Source: Perkinsus chesapeaki ATCC PRA-425 (lineage: Eukaryota; Protista; Perkinsozoa). Taken from it: DNA of 64,000 nucleotides. The position numbers and the translations under genes are program-made. The stretch's first letter is position 1. The number at the start of each line of letters is the position of its first letter. A model generated the notes under the pieces. That model did not search any database, was not told where the DNA came from, and saw nothing but the letters and a program-made list of their open reading frames with translations. The stretch lies in NCBI GenBank assembly GCA_013115145.1, contig JAAPAO010000119.1, positions 1 to 64,000 on the forward strand, written 5' to 3'. Shown here piece after piece: positions 15,001 through 27,712 of the stretch.

Positions 15001-18000
15001 CACTCTTTGCTTTCATGGTAGGATTTAATCGGTAGAACAGATTTACTTCGTATGAAGTCTGTTGTCCGCGAGAATATGAAGACTGCTGAGATCGACTTGT
15101 CTGATATGTTGAAGCCTACGTGGGACCCTCGCAGGAGGAACAGCGCTAGGAGGTAGGCCAAATTCTGAATCGATCACGTGATCGATTTCGTCTCCAGGGG
15201 CCTACGCGATGATACTTCGGTGACCGGGTCTACCATGACGGGGCTGTCGGAAGCTGCCTTTGCTGAAGAGCTGGATCAACGTATCCTCGCCAGAGCTCGA
15301 CCCATGATCGAAGGGGATGAAAAGGATCTCACTGTTGAAGTAGGCAAGTGGTGATCGACTTAGCCGTATGTGCTGCCAAGATTATTAACATTTTTAGATT
15401 AAGGACCCAATCTCGATTAATAACAGCGACAGAACCGTTGGGGCACGCGTGTCTTACGAGATCGCCAAGCATCGAGGATCAGTGGGACTGCCGGAAGGTG
15501 AGTAGGTCGACAAAAATCGTAAAATTTAATACAAAGCACTTTAGGTTTGGTAACCATTGATGATTGAAATTTTCCTTCACGCCTCTGCATTGATCCTATT
15601 GCTCATATATAGTGTCCTCTTGTCATGAGGAATTCATGCGTACGGACCTGCGGTGTATGAGATTTCCGAAATCCAAAATGAGAATTCATTATAATCAGAC
15701 GTTGATATACTATATTTTGTACTGACTAATTTTGCACCCATCTCACCAACTGCTATCCGCCTGAACTCACCATATTTCCCTTATGAGGGATTTCGCACTC
15801 GCAACTCGCCAGGATTATTGCCCTTAGGTTCACTCTTCGTGGCGTTCTTCGGTAGCGCTGGCCAGTCTTTTGGCTCGTGGTTGATGAGAGGAGTAACCTT
15901 CTCGTTAGAAGGAGAGGCGAATGATTATGTTGGAAAGGGCCTTTGTGGCGGAGATATTGATATAGTAAGACTTGATCTATATAAATACAGTATGCGCAAT
16001 CTAGAGCCACTTTTCGTGTGCATGACTCAAGTTCTCAACTACCACTTAAATCGAAATGGCTTTTGGTATGGGAACTCTCCTAGCGTCGTTGAAATTAACC
16101 ACCGACTAGGTTTTTGGAAATTTCGGTACATATCTAAAACGAGAATAAATAATATATCTCTGACGTATTTATATCAATCATATAGTGTATTATATTTTAT
16201 TAATTATTCGTAAATATAAAGTATAAGTATTAATTTTTTATAATATGGGTAACAGTGAAGTGTTTAAATACCCCTTTTTACATTCCCCCAATCGTCCGTT
16301 ATTTCCTACCTGTGGGGCGGCCCGAGCTGCAAAATAGGCTCGGCCTTGTGAAATTTTTCTTGCTGTCGAAAGCTGGCGAGTTGCAGGCATTTGAAACCAT
16401 AAGCAACATAAGTTATTAAGTACCAGGACTAACCAGAGCGTTATTCGGTCGCTGAAAACACGCGTAAGTTCGAATCGAACGCGCGACCTTTTCAAGTCTG
16501 GACGTGCGCTCTACCATTGAGCTATTGCGCCCTTCCAGCGTCCTCCGAAACCCTGCGCTCCTGAGTTCCGCCCGGAGGATAACGTCATTATTGGGAATGC
16601 ATGCCTCTATGGTGCAACCGGCGGCCGTCTTTTTGTGAACGGGCAGGCTGGTGACAGGTAAGGTCGCCATGTGTTCGAAATTTCAACTTTCATGTTTAGA
16701 TTTGCCGTCCGTAATAGCGGTGGAGTTGCTGTCGTTGAAGGATGTGGTGATCACGGCTGTGAATATATGACTCGAGGAGTTGTCGTCGTCTTGGGGACAA
16801 CTGGACGCAACTTTGCAGCGGGTAAGGAGGAGGAGAAGGCTTGTTATTATGTTATCAAATTTCAGGTATGTCTGGCGGCCTGGCATACGTACTAGATCTC
16901 GATCGAACATGTTGTAACAAGCAAACAGTGTATCTCGACCCACTTGGCGGTGATGCCCGCGAAGATAAGTAAGTATTGCTTGCCGAGTTTGCCATGGTCA
17001 ATTCCGTGAAAGTTTTGTCGGCAGATTTAACCATGAGAAAATAGTATGCTTGTATATTTAGTATATTTGTAATGTATAATATTTATAAACCCCTCCACAA
17101 AATTATATCACCTACGGTTTTCCAGCGTTAGCTCATCTAATACAAAAAGTTTAACGTTCATTTTGTGTCAGTTGCTCCTACGGGGTGTATGAAGCACGAT
17201 AGTCAAGACTGTGATGTCATTTTCGCTCGCCCAGTGAAATTTTATGAAACTGCCAAAAATCGCGCTTCCACAAATTTATTATGTTTTTTAAGATCAACTA
17301 CATTTACTATTAATAATCTTTCTTGATAACAACTTTTGACTGTTGGTAATACTAACTTAGTATCATCTAATCTTCCCAACTCCAAACCATCCATGATACG
17401 ATATTCGTGTCTGGTCAAAACCTACCGGAAATTCGTGGATTCATTTTTAAACACCATTTTAATGTCTCGATACACCTTTCAACATCGGTTTCTTGCCACG
17501 TGCATCAGCAAATCTGCCATTTTTAATAAGTCCTTGTTCATTCAAAACCCGAAACCCTACACTTCAAAACGCTTAATTCCAGTGTATCTCATAATTCAGG
17601 ATCGCACTGAAGGCCCTCCTTGCTGAGCATTTGAAAAGAACTGGTTCCCCTAAGGCGGCGGAGCTTCTTTCTGACTGGGCGAACTCAATTAATAGATTCA
17701 CTAAAGTAAGCGAAGAGGGCATTCGGCAACAGAGGAGGAGAAGCGAATTTTTCACGATTTGTGAGCCATTCGACGGAATGGAGAAGCTGGCCGTGGATGC
17801 GGCATCCTCTTCTACAGTTGTGATCCTCGTTAATCGTCGAAAAGTTCAAATCTGGTGAAAGTGACTACTTCCTTGCCGAGATTTCTTTATTTTAGGCGAT
17901 CAGTTTGTGCATATTACGATTGGCGATATTATGATATATTTAAATCGTTACTCAGGTATTTCCCCACGAATATAAACGTGTGATGAAGGAGGCAATCGTT

Positions 18001-21000
18001 GAACATGTTAAAACTGGCAGTACAGTGGCGGCCAGCATTCTCAACGACTTTGAGAATATGCGCCGTTCGTGCGTCACCACAAAGACTTCGGCCAAAAGCG
18101 TGAGTTTAGTGAAGGACGTTTGCAAAACTGTAAAAGATTTTCATGGGCAATTGAAAGGCGTCCTCTGGCTCCATTATAATGAAATGTGACATGTCTGATG
18201 TCGCTAGGATTGCCTCGCGTGCTTTTTCTTGTTCGCGAGTACAATGAGAAGTGAAATTGAAGCCTTCGATGCGTAACAGCGTTCTAATGAAACTGTCGAG
18301 GTTCAAGTAAGAAATTTAATATCTAAAGAATATCGCGGAAAAACGTAGTTGCTAATTGTTTGTTTTAGACTGGGTATTAGTAGTTGAATGTGATGTATCT
18401 TTTCGTTGTCGTCCAGCCTTTTGAGGGAGAATCTTCACGCACTACGAAGATTTCTTGGCAGATAATAACACGTTATAATTTATGGCGAAGTACCGTGGAC
18501 GGGCGAGAGGACCACACGCTGGAGGCTCTTGGCTTGGGAGATGCTCCGAAGGAGAAAGTTGGAGATCTTATCCAGAGCGTGGCATCTGGACGAGGGATGG
18601 CGAGAGCATTCAGAATGGGGTAAGTGATCATTTTGTGGCGCGCTAGAAATTCTGTCGTCCTATGAGCCTTGTACTTCGGAATGCCTATTTAATTAAACCC
18701 AGTTAGCGGGTGAAAGTATTGTGTAAACGTTTTGCTTCAAGGTGGGTGTCGAGAGGTGCATACTTGGATATATTTTCCGTACATTCGTGTGATATATCTC
18801 TGTTTGAAGGTATCGAATGTGGAGGCAAGGCCACTATAAAGGCTCTAAAGACGTTCTTCATGGTCTGGATCTGGACCACTTCCTGTCGGAAAGATTCCCT
18901 AAGCAATGGAAGAGATTCACGGAAGGTCTAAAAAAGGTAAGATGGCGCGGTTCTGGAGATTCCGCGCTCAAGAGTTCACAAGGGCAGACTTTATGCCATT
19001 ACAATTGCTTCATATTTTAACTCTCGAGAGTCTTGAACTCCGGAGTGCATCGCACATGAATGAATTAAACTACATTTCCCCACACCGCCGCTCATCAAAC
19101 CACTTCCCATGCGCTAACAGGTTCTCACAGTTGTTGGTGAGTAGCTCGCCACAATGAGAAGTTAAACTATCTCCAAAACGCATGTTCCTCGTTTCAGAAC
19201 CCCGGCGCTGGAGATCCTTTGACGCCTGCTGTGAGGCTGATTGCCAAGAACAGACCCGGTGGAGACTCGACTAATCATTCGAGAAGGCCCTCGGGTGAAT
19301 ATGCCGACACACAAGGAAGGCCGCGGTCAAGAGGAAGCTCTTTCGACATCGAAGATATGGCTGTTCGTGGAACAGGTAAGAGTTGAGGAAATGCAAGATT
19401 TGCAAGATTTTGGCTTAGATCCCAGACCTGCCAGTGTGGCATTCCCTGATAAGCGTGCTGGATTCAAGTTGTACTCGAGGAGGAATCCTAACATCTCTCG
19501 CGACCCTAAATCGAGGGTTCTGGATTGGGAGGAGATATACAGCAAGAAGCCTCATCGTTCTAGATTGTAAGTGGACTTGTGAAGCTTCTCATTCGAAGAG
19601 ATTCTTTCTAATATAATATTAAGCGTATTCAGCAATGTCATTGATAGTTACGTATCAAATCACCATATTAGGTTTTTGTATGAACAGTACTGTAGTACAG
19701 CTTATTTGGTATTGTCCGCACTTCAGTACAACTTAACATCGGCTTTTGTACTAATGATTGATTTTCGTGAGGTTCAACGGTATTGCATACCGATTTTGGT
19801 ACGAGAATAACTGTTCCAAGATGAAATGGGTGTTGGCATACTTATCCCCACGTCGTAGTTGCGAAAGCAAATACACTCTTCACAACTAGAGGGGTAGAAG
19901 CGGGCTGAATATTTCTCGGCAAAATTAAACTTACATTGATGTTTCGTTGCTGCCCACCACCGTGGCCCTCGTATCAGATACGACCAGCTTTTAACAACCC
20001 AAGCATCAAGGTGTATGGACTGCGGCACACCCAGCTGTCATTATCCTAACACGGGGGGCGGCGGTTGCCCACTGGGAAATAGAATACCAACTTTTAATCA
20101 GCTCGTATACGAGGGACAGTGGAAGCTGGCTTTGGATCGACTGTTGGATACTAATAACTTTCCGGTGAGGATCGGTTTCGCAAGAGTTGTATATTTCTTG
20201 CAAAAATAGTATTGATAGTGATAAACACTGATCTATAAGAGGCTCGTATACCAGTTGTATAAAACTAGATTTCAGGAAATTGGCTTTAAGAACAAGCAGG
20301 ATTCAAACTTTATGATAATGTTAATTATATCAAAACGAGCAGCGATCATCGATATTATCTGCAATCGAGCGAATTTTATGAATGCTAATAGTAAACTCAG
20401 TAGGCTTATTATCGGTATTGTATCCTTTATATGATATCACTGGAAACTGGGGTTACTATCCGACACTGATCATCACTGATGATTCATCAGTGATCATCAT
20501 TTCATGCTTCAGGAGTTCACCGGTACCGCGTGCCCTGCTCCATGTGAAGAGGCGTGCGTTCTGGCAATCAACGAGCCGGCTGTGACGATTAAGAGCGTCG
20601 AATTGGCTATAATTGAACATGCGTTTCAAAAGGGATGGATTAAACCAATGCCGCCATTGACAAAGTGATGTCACGCGCCACAAAATTGCTATTCGTGTTT
20701 TTTCTCAGGACGTATAAAACTGTTGCAATCGTCGGAAGTGGTCCAACTGGGTTGGCTGCTGCGGCGCAGCTCAACAAAGCCGGCCACAGCGTAAGCTGGA
20801 TGCTGGTAGAGTTCTAGATTCTTTTAAATCTTTGCAATCCACCGTGAAATCAAATATCAGCATGGGAAATGCGGCTCTTGTCAGCTATGAATGTGACAAG
20901 GATCAGAAATATTGAGAAGTTCCCGTTATTAGGAAAGATTCATTTCCAGCCGCCCTAGTATCTTCTTATGGAACCAAAAATGAGGGAAAAATTGTGCGCT

Positions 21001-24000
21001 GTATGTTAGTAATCGATCAAGTTGATAATCAAGATCCCAAGTGTTCGAACTGAGTAATGCTCATCACGCAATCACTACGGTGTAATGCTTCAACCCATAG
21101 CTTTCTATATTCGTCAGGTTACGGTATTTGAAAGAGCCGACAGAATCGGTGGTCTCCTTGTCTATGGCATTCCCAATATGAAACTTGATAAGATTGATAA
21201 AGTTCAGAGGCGGGTTGATATCCTGCAGCAAGAAGGGATCGAATTCAAGACAGGTCAGTTCTGAGGTCCACGGTCGGTCGTAGGGTCATCGACATACGGC
21301 TTTGATCAAAGGAGACTGTGACAGAAATTCCGATCAGTTCCTGTCGCCCGTGAGAATCATGAGAGGCTCAAGTTCCAGTCATCATAAATACCCGCTTGCA
21401 GAAAACTTACATTCGTAGCCAGTTCGCCTTTATTCGAACATTAGAGATCAACTGAGGAACCTAGCTGTCTGTAGATGTCATAGAAAAATTACTGAGGAAC
21501 AGCTGGTGTTACCAACTTGGTGATCACAGAACAGTCGCAAAGACTAACCTGCTGTATTTATGTCGGCCGGGTGTATTTATTTTGTTTTCGATGCTTTGTA
21601 GATATCGAGATTGGTTCTGAACCGTACACTTTAACCTCGCTAAGAAGTAGCTACGACGCCGTGTTGTTGGCCACCGGTGCTACTCAATCACGAGATGCAC
21701 TCGCAAAGATACCTGGACGAGATCTGAAGGGGATCTATCAGGTAAGAATCTCCGATATTCCTGCTCTCTTATTGAAAATTTCTGATTTCGGGCTTAGTGT
21801 TAATATTGTATCGCCATTGCGGCAATGACATTGCCAATACAGCGTACGAGTAGTTACTGATGTTATCGGTGAAGGAATGAATTGATGAGCAGTGATCGAC
21901 AGTTCACGGTTCTCGTCAGCTGTCTAGAACATACCGACTCTGGATAGTGTGGTTGACAACGGAGCCTCGTTCCTCATCCAAGGGGCTGTTTGAGGGATTA
22001 GCCGTTGCTTCTCGCGGTGTAGATCTTGCTGAAGTTTGCTGAAGATGTTATCTGGGAGTATTGTTTCAGCACAAATTCCTCAACGGGTAACAGATCCTGG
22101 CGGTGTAGCACGCCAGTTGTCCCTTCTACTGTATTTGTAGCCGAATGTTTGTCCTCACGCAATTTGCGTGAGGACATAAACCGTGATACCATGAGTCATG
22201 GTATCGTCGAAACACAAATGAACGCTCTTCATCAGAGTACGTGCTCATGCTTCAAGTAGATCCCCAAGATGATGAGATTTCAACTGTGTATTCGGCTGTG
22301 GACATATCAGAGGAGATGGACGTGAGTATTTATCACATACTCAACTAGCTGAAACTTCGATGGGCAACTCCGATTACCCGAGCTAACGGGAAACTTTCAG
22401 CCTGTCACTACAGCAATTATTGAGCTATTAAGAACACGATTTCTCGAGGTGGCGATGTGAAACCCGCGAGCTGCCGATTTATATCCTGTCAGGAGACTTA
22501 ATGATATTCGATAACTTGAGATTGGTCAGTACTTTCCCACATCCCTGACGGGCTCTGTTCGATCAGTTTGGCATAATGCCTGTAATACAGTCTCTGTGTC
22601 TGAATGGTGTTTAAATGCCAGGACTAATATGTCCGTAAAATTGGACAGGAAAATTGTCTCTTGAGCGAGCCGATGGTACAGTAGTGATTTCCAACTTCAG
22701 GCGATGGATTTCCTGACTCTCTCTCAAAAGAGCTGGCTGGACTCGGAGCTGGATGATGAAAAGTACGCGTGTAATATTTGGGCGCGTGAGATTCTATATT
22801 CAGGTTTATAGACTGCGCTGGACGTAAAGTTATCGTTATTGGTGGTGGTGACACAGCAGTTGATTGCGTGGCCACTGCTATTCGGCTCGGAGCCGAAAGT
22901 GTCCTGCAATTCTCGAGAAGGCCAGTGAGTCTGGGGTCGGCATTGTTGGCTTTAGCCCATTTATTGGAAAAGCGTTCAAGGTGAATTTGCGTCTTCCGCA
23001 AGTAGTTATATCTTGTGAAGTACCTTCTGATGGAACTCGATACGACCTGTAGAACTGTTCCCTAGTGCTGTAGTGCAAGTGCGATGAATTGACATTTTCA
23101 CCGCGCATGTAGAATCTCAGCGTGAAATTGGCAGAGTGAGCAGCTACTAGGTGACTCAGTTAATCTTAACGAGAGCCAGATCTCCCAGTTAGGCCGTCAT
23201 ATTTTTATAGGCGAGGAAAATTTCACCTGAAATTGCATCAAAGAATCCACAAGACTTTTTCATTTAAACGCTTCGGATGTTTTTTCGTAGTAACGCTCAG
23301 CTGTCTGTGTATCATTGTGATTGACTCGTAGGCTGGAACCAAGGCGGTAAGCCGATGGCCTTACTGGGATGAAGATGTCTATCGAGTTGAATACGCACAT
23401 GAAGAGGTGAAAACCGCGGGTTCGAATCCCACAAGGGGCTTCTTATTCAGTCCGACGCTATTCATTCGCGAGACCCTCGGGAGTACGAGGTCCAGTCCAA
23501 AACGTTCGTTGGTGAAGATGGAGTTTTGAAGGGGATCCAGACAGTCCGCGTGTCCTTCGATCCAATATCGAGAACCACTAAACAAGTTGAAAGTGAGCTT
23601 TTGGAATGGGCGCTGTTGTAGCTATCTGGTATAGCCATGGTCTAGCGTGACCGAGAAGAGCGATTGATGAGGGAAGAAGGCAATTAGCTAATTGAAAGCC
23701 ATTCATGGCTGAACCCTTTAACCTGTTGGGAAATATTTTTATGCCACCTAATTATATTTGTGTATTATCTTTTGCCACCTCATTACATTTACATAAGTAT
23801 GTAACAGGCACTTCTATTAAAGCCTTAATATGCGATCGGGTAGTCATGACAGGGCCCTTGTCATTACTGACCTCTGTTGAAGAGGCAGTTAAGGACGTTT
23901 CAGTATGCGTTCGATCTCCGAATGCAACTGTGATTTTGACTGGCTCCGATAGAGGGAGCATTTCAATCTTTACGATCAACTTTTCGGGTTTTCTCAGATT

Positions 24001-25000
24001 CGGAGCACACCTATCCATGCGATCTGTGCCTACTTGCCATGGGCTTCACCGGTCCCGACGAAGTACTAGACCGTGGCCAACTGCCGCGTAAGGACGGTTG
24101 TTTCGATGCTGATTATGGAACGTAAGTAGCGCTCGCCCTGGTGATCGATATTGATTCAATGAAGATACACTGTGAAAGTTGATGGGGAGGTGAGTGCGAG
24201 TCCTGAAGCTCCGGTGTTTGCGGCCGGCGACTGTAGGAGAGGCGCTAGTCTCATAGTAACCGCGTTGGCGGAGGGGAGAGATGTGGCTGCAGTGATAGAC
24301 AGGTTGGTTAAAAGGGGACTGCTTAGATTTTACCAGAAGGAACTCATTTCATGTTTCTTCCTTATGTGGGCGCATATAACATCCTTTTACTTTTCATGTC
24401 TCGGTATTGCTTTTTCGATTGCCATTAGCCTAGCGGTTGCAGTAGCAAATCGGCCAATATCGGCAAGCGACTAAAAGGGCATCACTTAACAATCCATTAT
24501 TAAGGAATAATCCCACTATTTTGTTGCAAAATAGTAACACCTACCTTATCTAGTGTACAGCCCGCCACACCACGGAGTGCGTGTTAGAGGCCGGCATCCA
24601 TCTCGATAAGTAGAGCGAATTTCGAGTTGAGTCTATCCCCACTGAACTCTTCATATTAGGTGGCGCACAAATCGAGCTAGCCCAGCCCCAACTCGACGAA
24701 AATATTTTTATCCGATTTACGTGTTTATAAATAATCAATTAATTCATAAGTATTTATAAGTGATTATTTATAATACTAATTTGCGATATGGAATCATAAT
24801 TTAATATTTTCAGTTACCTTACCTCAGCCTCCCATGAAGGTTTCTCATCAGTTCTTCCACGCTGTGTACCCCTCTCGGCCAATCCGGCGTTGTATCGTGG
24901 CCCTAACTGGTCGCGAATGGAAAGCATACATTCGACAAAACCGCTGAATATAAGACAGCCAATTTCGTCATTGAGGAGAGCGGGATCAATCTCGAAGTAG
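3034..25000 (+). CDS. GLT1: NADH-dependent glutamate synthase, fused alpha+beta, several dozen exons
   Basis: Start MMTTAES...PPKQGL|[13 protein letters not shown] (class II GATase Cys). Motifs HSRF|[50 protein letters not shown]|[12 protein letters not shown] and 3Fe-4[16 protein letters not shown]. Beta-part motifs [46 protein letters not shown]. Stop TAG at 24998-25000. Confidence 0.95.
4444..4479 (-). pseudogene. 5' half of tRNA-Arg(CCT), positions 1-36, inside GLT1 intron 4283-4504
   Basis: Minus strand GTCCTGC TG GCCC AATGGACA AGGC G CCACC CT CCT is 34/36 identical to the 13432-13504 tRNA. Similarity stops right after the anticodon. Confidence 0.85.
6446..6680. repeat. 47-bp minisatellite, ~4.5 copies, in a GLT1 intron
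   Basis: Unit taatacctttattaccattatattagtaataccaatataccaatata. Confidence 0.9.
9745..9763 (-). other. tRNA T-arm/B-box-like fragment near the 3' end of GLT1 intron 9580-9774
   Basis: Minus strand GCACAGGTTCGAACCCCAT; identical 19-mer at 38194-38212. Confidence 0.65.
11007..11079 (-). tRNA. tRNA-Arg(CCT), full length, possibly a pseudogene, in GLT1 intron 10822-11134
   Basis: 73-nt cloverleaf GCCCTGG TG GCCT AATGGATA AGGC G CCACC CTCCTAA GGTGG AGATT CCGGG TTCGATC CCCGG GTAGGGT A. It has a G7:G66 acceptor mismatch and no T-run downstream. Confidence 0.8.
11519..11543 (-). other. tRNA 3'-end fragment (T-arm + acceptor strand) in 48-nt GLT1 intron 11506-11553
   Basis: Minus strand CCAGG TTCGAAC CCCGG CGAGGAC A, with canonical spacing from position 49 to 73. 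Confidence 0.7.
13432..13504 (-). tRNA. tRNA-Arg(CCT), intact gene with Pol III terminator, in 110-nt GLT1 intron 13412-13521
   Basis: 73-nt cloverleaf GCCCTGC TG GCCC AATGGATA AGGC G CCACC CTCCTAA GGTGG AGATT CCGGG TTCGATC CCCGG GTAGGGT A, followed by TTTTT (13431-13427). Flanking exons join in frame: DLKH|TNPSAR. Confidence 0.92.
16460..16531 (-). pseudogene. Degenerate full-length tRNA (isotype uncertain) ending 7 nt from the acceptor of GLT1 intron 15965-16538
   Basis: Minus strand GGCGCAA TA GCTC AATGGTA GAGC ... AGGTC GCGCG TTCGATT CGAAC TTACGCG T GTTTT. The D-arm/A-box and B-box are intact; the anticodon, T and acceptor stems are broken. Confidence 0.75.
23416..23440 (+). other. tRNA T-arm/3'-end fragment in 44-nt GLT1 intron 23407-23450
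   Basis: GCGGG TTCGAAT CCCAC AAGGGGC T. Removing the intron restores EYAHEE|[12 protein letters not shown]. Confidence 0.65.
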
Positions 25001-25003
25001 AAA

Positions 25004-25028
25004 TACCTGACCCGAGGATCGAACTTGG
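25004..25028 (-). other. Degenerate tRNA-Arg-like 3' fragment 3 nt after the GLT1 stop codon
   Basis: Minus strand CCAAG TTCGATC CTCGG GTCAGGT A TTT versus Arg CCGGG TTCGATC CCCGG GTAGGGT A TTTTT. Confidence 0.6.
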
Positions 25029-25454
25029 GTGGTATATGATTTGTGATCTCGAGTAGAATGTATTTTTATTATGGTTGCACTGCTCGGCATTGTCCGGCAG
25101 GCTCTTGTCTGATTTAACTGCTCAAATGTTAGAACCGAGCTAGGCTTGATCTACTCTCTTCCAAGTTAGTGGTTTCATTTCATATCTTTCATATCCAATG
25201 CGGTATTGTGTTGGGGAGGTATCTTAAGGTCGAAGCGTGCAAGATACAAAAAGGGCCAGCCTCTATCATTGGAACTCTTCGGACTTCTTCACTTAACATC
25301 GCTTATAATGTGCATGAATTTGCAGGCCTATCTGGAGATGTAGTTCATCGGCTCGTTTCTATACAACTTGAGTTTCATAACGGTCACTTCTCAATAAAGA
25401 TATTGTGGTTGATCCAATCATCCATCTTATGAAGGAATTATTTCGTCGAGTGTT

Positions 25455-26564
25455 ATGGCCAAACCTCACCTAGGAGAGACAAGCTACGGTATATTAGCTT
25501 TGAAGACGTTGACTTCGGGGATGGACACTCAAGGCGACCTGCCTCTGGAACTCCTCGATAAAATTTGGCGGTATGCCCGCGGTCAGGATTTAAACGTCTT
25601 CCCGAGTCTGGAATGCCCATTGAACGAGGCATTCAGCTATAGTAGATTCTTTGAACCAGTTGTGGACTTCCTGATCGAACCAAATAATACCACATTTCCG
25701 TCAACTCGCGATTCAAAAGGGCGGCTTATTGTGATGTTAATGAGTGGGAGAACGCTCTATGAAGCCACAATGGATCCTTTTGGTTTGGTTCCTATCACGG
25801 TAGGCGCTTCCCAAATAGAGATGCCGGAGTTCGGCGCGATTGTGTGCGGGAAGACAGGCGACTTTTACGGTATCGGTCGAACTGGCTTACTGCGATGGCG
25901 GAAGGGAACTTCAGAAGGCTTTCAGCTTTTCCATGATGGATTGAATGTATTCCACAGAGAAGTGAAGCTCGCGGGAAGTTACGTTGTTTGTGGCGGAGAT
26001 ACTTTGGTAACGATACTGGTCTTGGATCGTCCTGGAGGAAGCATTTGTGAGCCGCCTATCACGCTCAGTTTGACAGATAGACTGACGGCTTGGACCGCCT
26101 ATGATGTCGCTGGGAAGCTGTGTATTGTGTGGGCCTCCGGTGAGGAGTTAAGGGTTATTGAGATGTCCAATGAAGAATGTGTCCGAAAAGTGCTGGTCAA
26201 AGCCGACTGGGTCAGGAACATTCGGAAAGATATGCAAATCTGCCAGGACACTTTGTTGGTCGGGCTCGGCCTTGGCTCCGAAACGCTGTGTATTGCTCTC
26301 TTCGATCTTAACGCTGGTTTTGTAACTGACGTCATTTCGCCGCCGGTCGGACTTAATAGTTTTCGCGTTGCGGAGGGTCGGCTTTATATGCATGAAAGAG
26401 CATCCCCTTTTGGAGGTAGGATTCTTTGGAAACATCTCACTTTCGGAAGGGTCTCGGCTCTGAAGGTTGGGCGGCGGTGGAGAGTTCCTGATGTGGGTAA
26501 GGTGCTTATTGGGGCAGCATTGAGGAGTCGACAAGGGAACTTGCCTTTACGAAGCTCCACTTAA
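25455..26564 (+). CDS. Intronless F-box-like protein with probable beta-rich/propeller-like C-terminal region
   Basis: 369-aa ORF with N-terminal DLPLELLDKIWRYA (F-box-like LPxELLxxI); no other recognised motif. Confidence 0.6.
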   Translation: MAKPHLGETSYGILALKTLTSGMDTQGDLPLELLDKIWRYARGQDLNVFPSLECPLNEAFSYSRFFEPVVDFLIEPNNTTFPSTRDSKGRLIVMLMSGRTLYEATMDPFGLVPITVGASQIEMPEFGAIVCGKTGDFYGIGRTGLLRWRKGTSEGFQLFHDGLNVFHREVKLAGSYVVCGGDTLVTILVLDRPGGSICEPPITLSLTDRLTAWTAYDVAGKLCIVWASGEELRVIEMSNEECVRKVLVKADWVRNIRKDMQICQDTLLVGLGLGSETLCIALFDLNAGFVTDVISPPVGLNSFRVAEGRLYMHERASPFGGRILWKHLTFGRVSALKVGRRWRVPDVGKVLIGAALRSRQGNLPLRSST

Positions 26565-27682
26565 AAGGTATGGGAAGTCGAGGAAAAAATGTCAAAGATT
26601 CCCCGAAGCATCTCTATCTCCGCACTGGGAAGATTCTCTCGAAGATTACATTTTTGGTGGGGGACAGTAAATTGACTTTTCACTGATTGTAGCACAGACG
26701 ACCTCCAGAAGGTCGATGTACTCAGTTCATTTGCATGTCACCGTACAGTACATGTTTAATCGATTGCATGATCGATTTGGTTTTCATTGTGTTAAAGTGT
26801 AGCAGTATCTTTCACCTTCCCGCGGCTCCTGTTACCTTGGGGGAAAGAGGCATAAAGGTTATATATAACTTTTGTGTACAAATCGATTATAGGCCGTGGA
26901 GATGTCACGTGGCATCGAGCACTTTATCGTCACTTGAGACCCCAGCCACACTTTATTAGAGCATCCTTGATGGGAGATTCCCCCAATTCGGAATGTAAAA
27001 TTTCATTTTTCGGGTTCTTTTATTATTTAAAATATCTTCACAGTATCTTTTTGTCTGTAAATATACAGACTGGTCAAAAAAATCATTGATACAGACTGTA
27101 TCAATTTGATATATAGGTAAACCTCGATAGAAAGTCTCTGACCCGCCGTTCTACGAAAAACCGGCAACAAATGTCTCTGTCCATGGGCATGTTTTGGTGG
27201 GGCTGAGTTGAGGAAAAAATCTGAAAAAAATATTGTTATTTTTGTCTTGTGTGGATTTTTCCGGAGAATCCTCACTAATTATACTACCGGTAGAGGAAAA
27301 TACGAGGCTTCGGAAAAACATGGGTCTCTGAGGAATATTCGCCATATATGTAATTTATTATCATGGTATATAATTTTAATACATTACTCTACTTCCTTGA
27401 ATACCTTCATACTAGTTTTCCGTGATGACTGAGCTCCGACTCCAGCAGCTAGGACAGGCGAAGGCATTGGTAATACGGGCGGAAGGAACTTCTCACGGTA
27501 TCAATTTTAATAAATATCTGACTCTACTGGTGTAATTCTAATACGCCAATACTGGATACTAGAATTTGCTTAAAGGAGTGCTGCCTGGGAAGACAGAACT
27601 TGTATATGAATAATTATAATGATACTAGGCCTTCTTGAAGAAGGGAGCTCTGCGAATGATCAGTAATTTCTGTTGGGCTGCC

Positions 27683-27712
27683 GCAAGTTCGATCCCCAGG
27701 CCTGTCATTTTT
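27683..27712 (+). other. Weak tRNA 3'-end relic, intergenic
   Basis: G TTCGATC CCCAG GCCTGTC A TTTTT fits B-box, discriminator and terminator spacing, but the T-stem does not pair. Confidence 0.35.
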
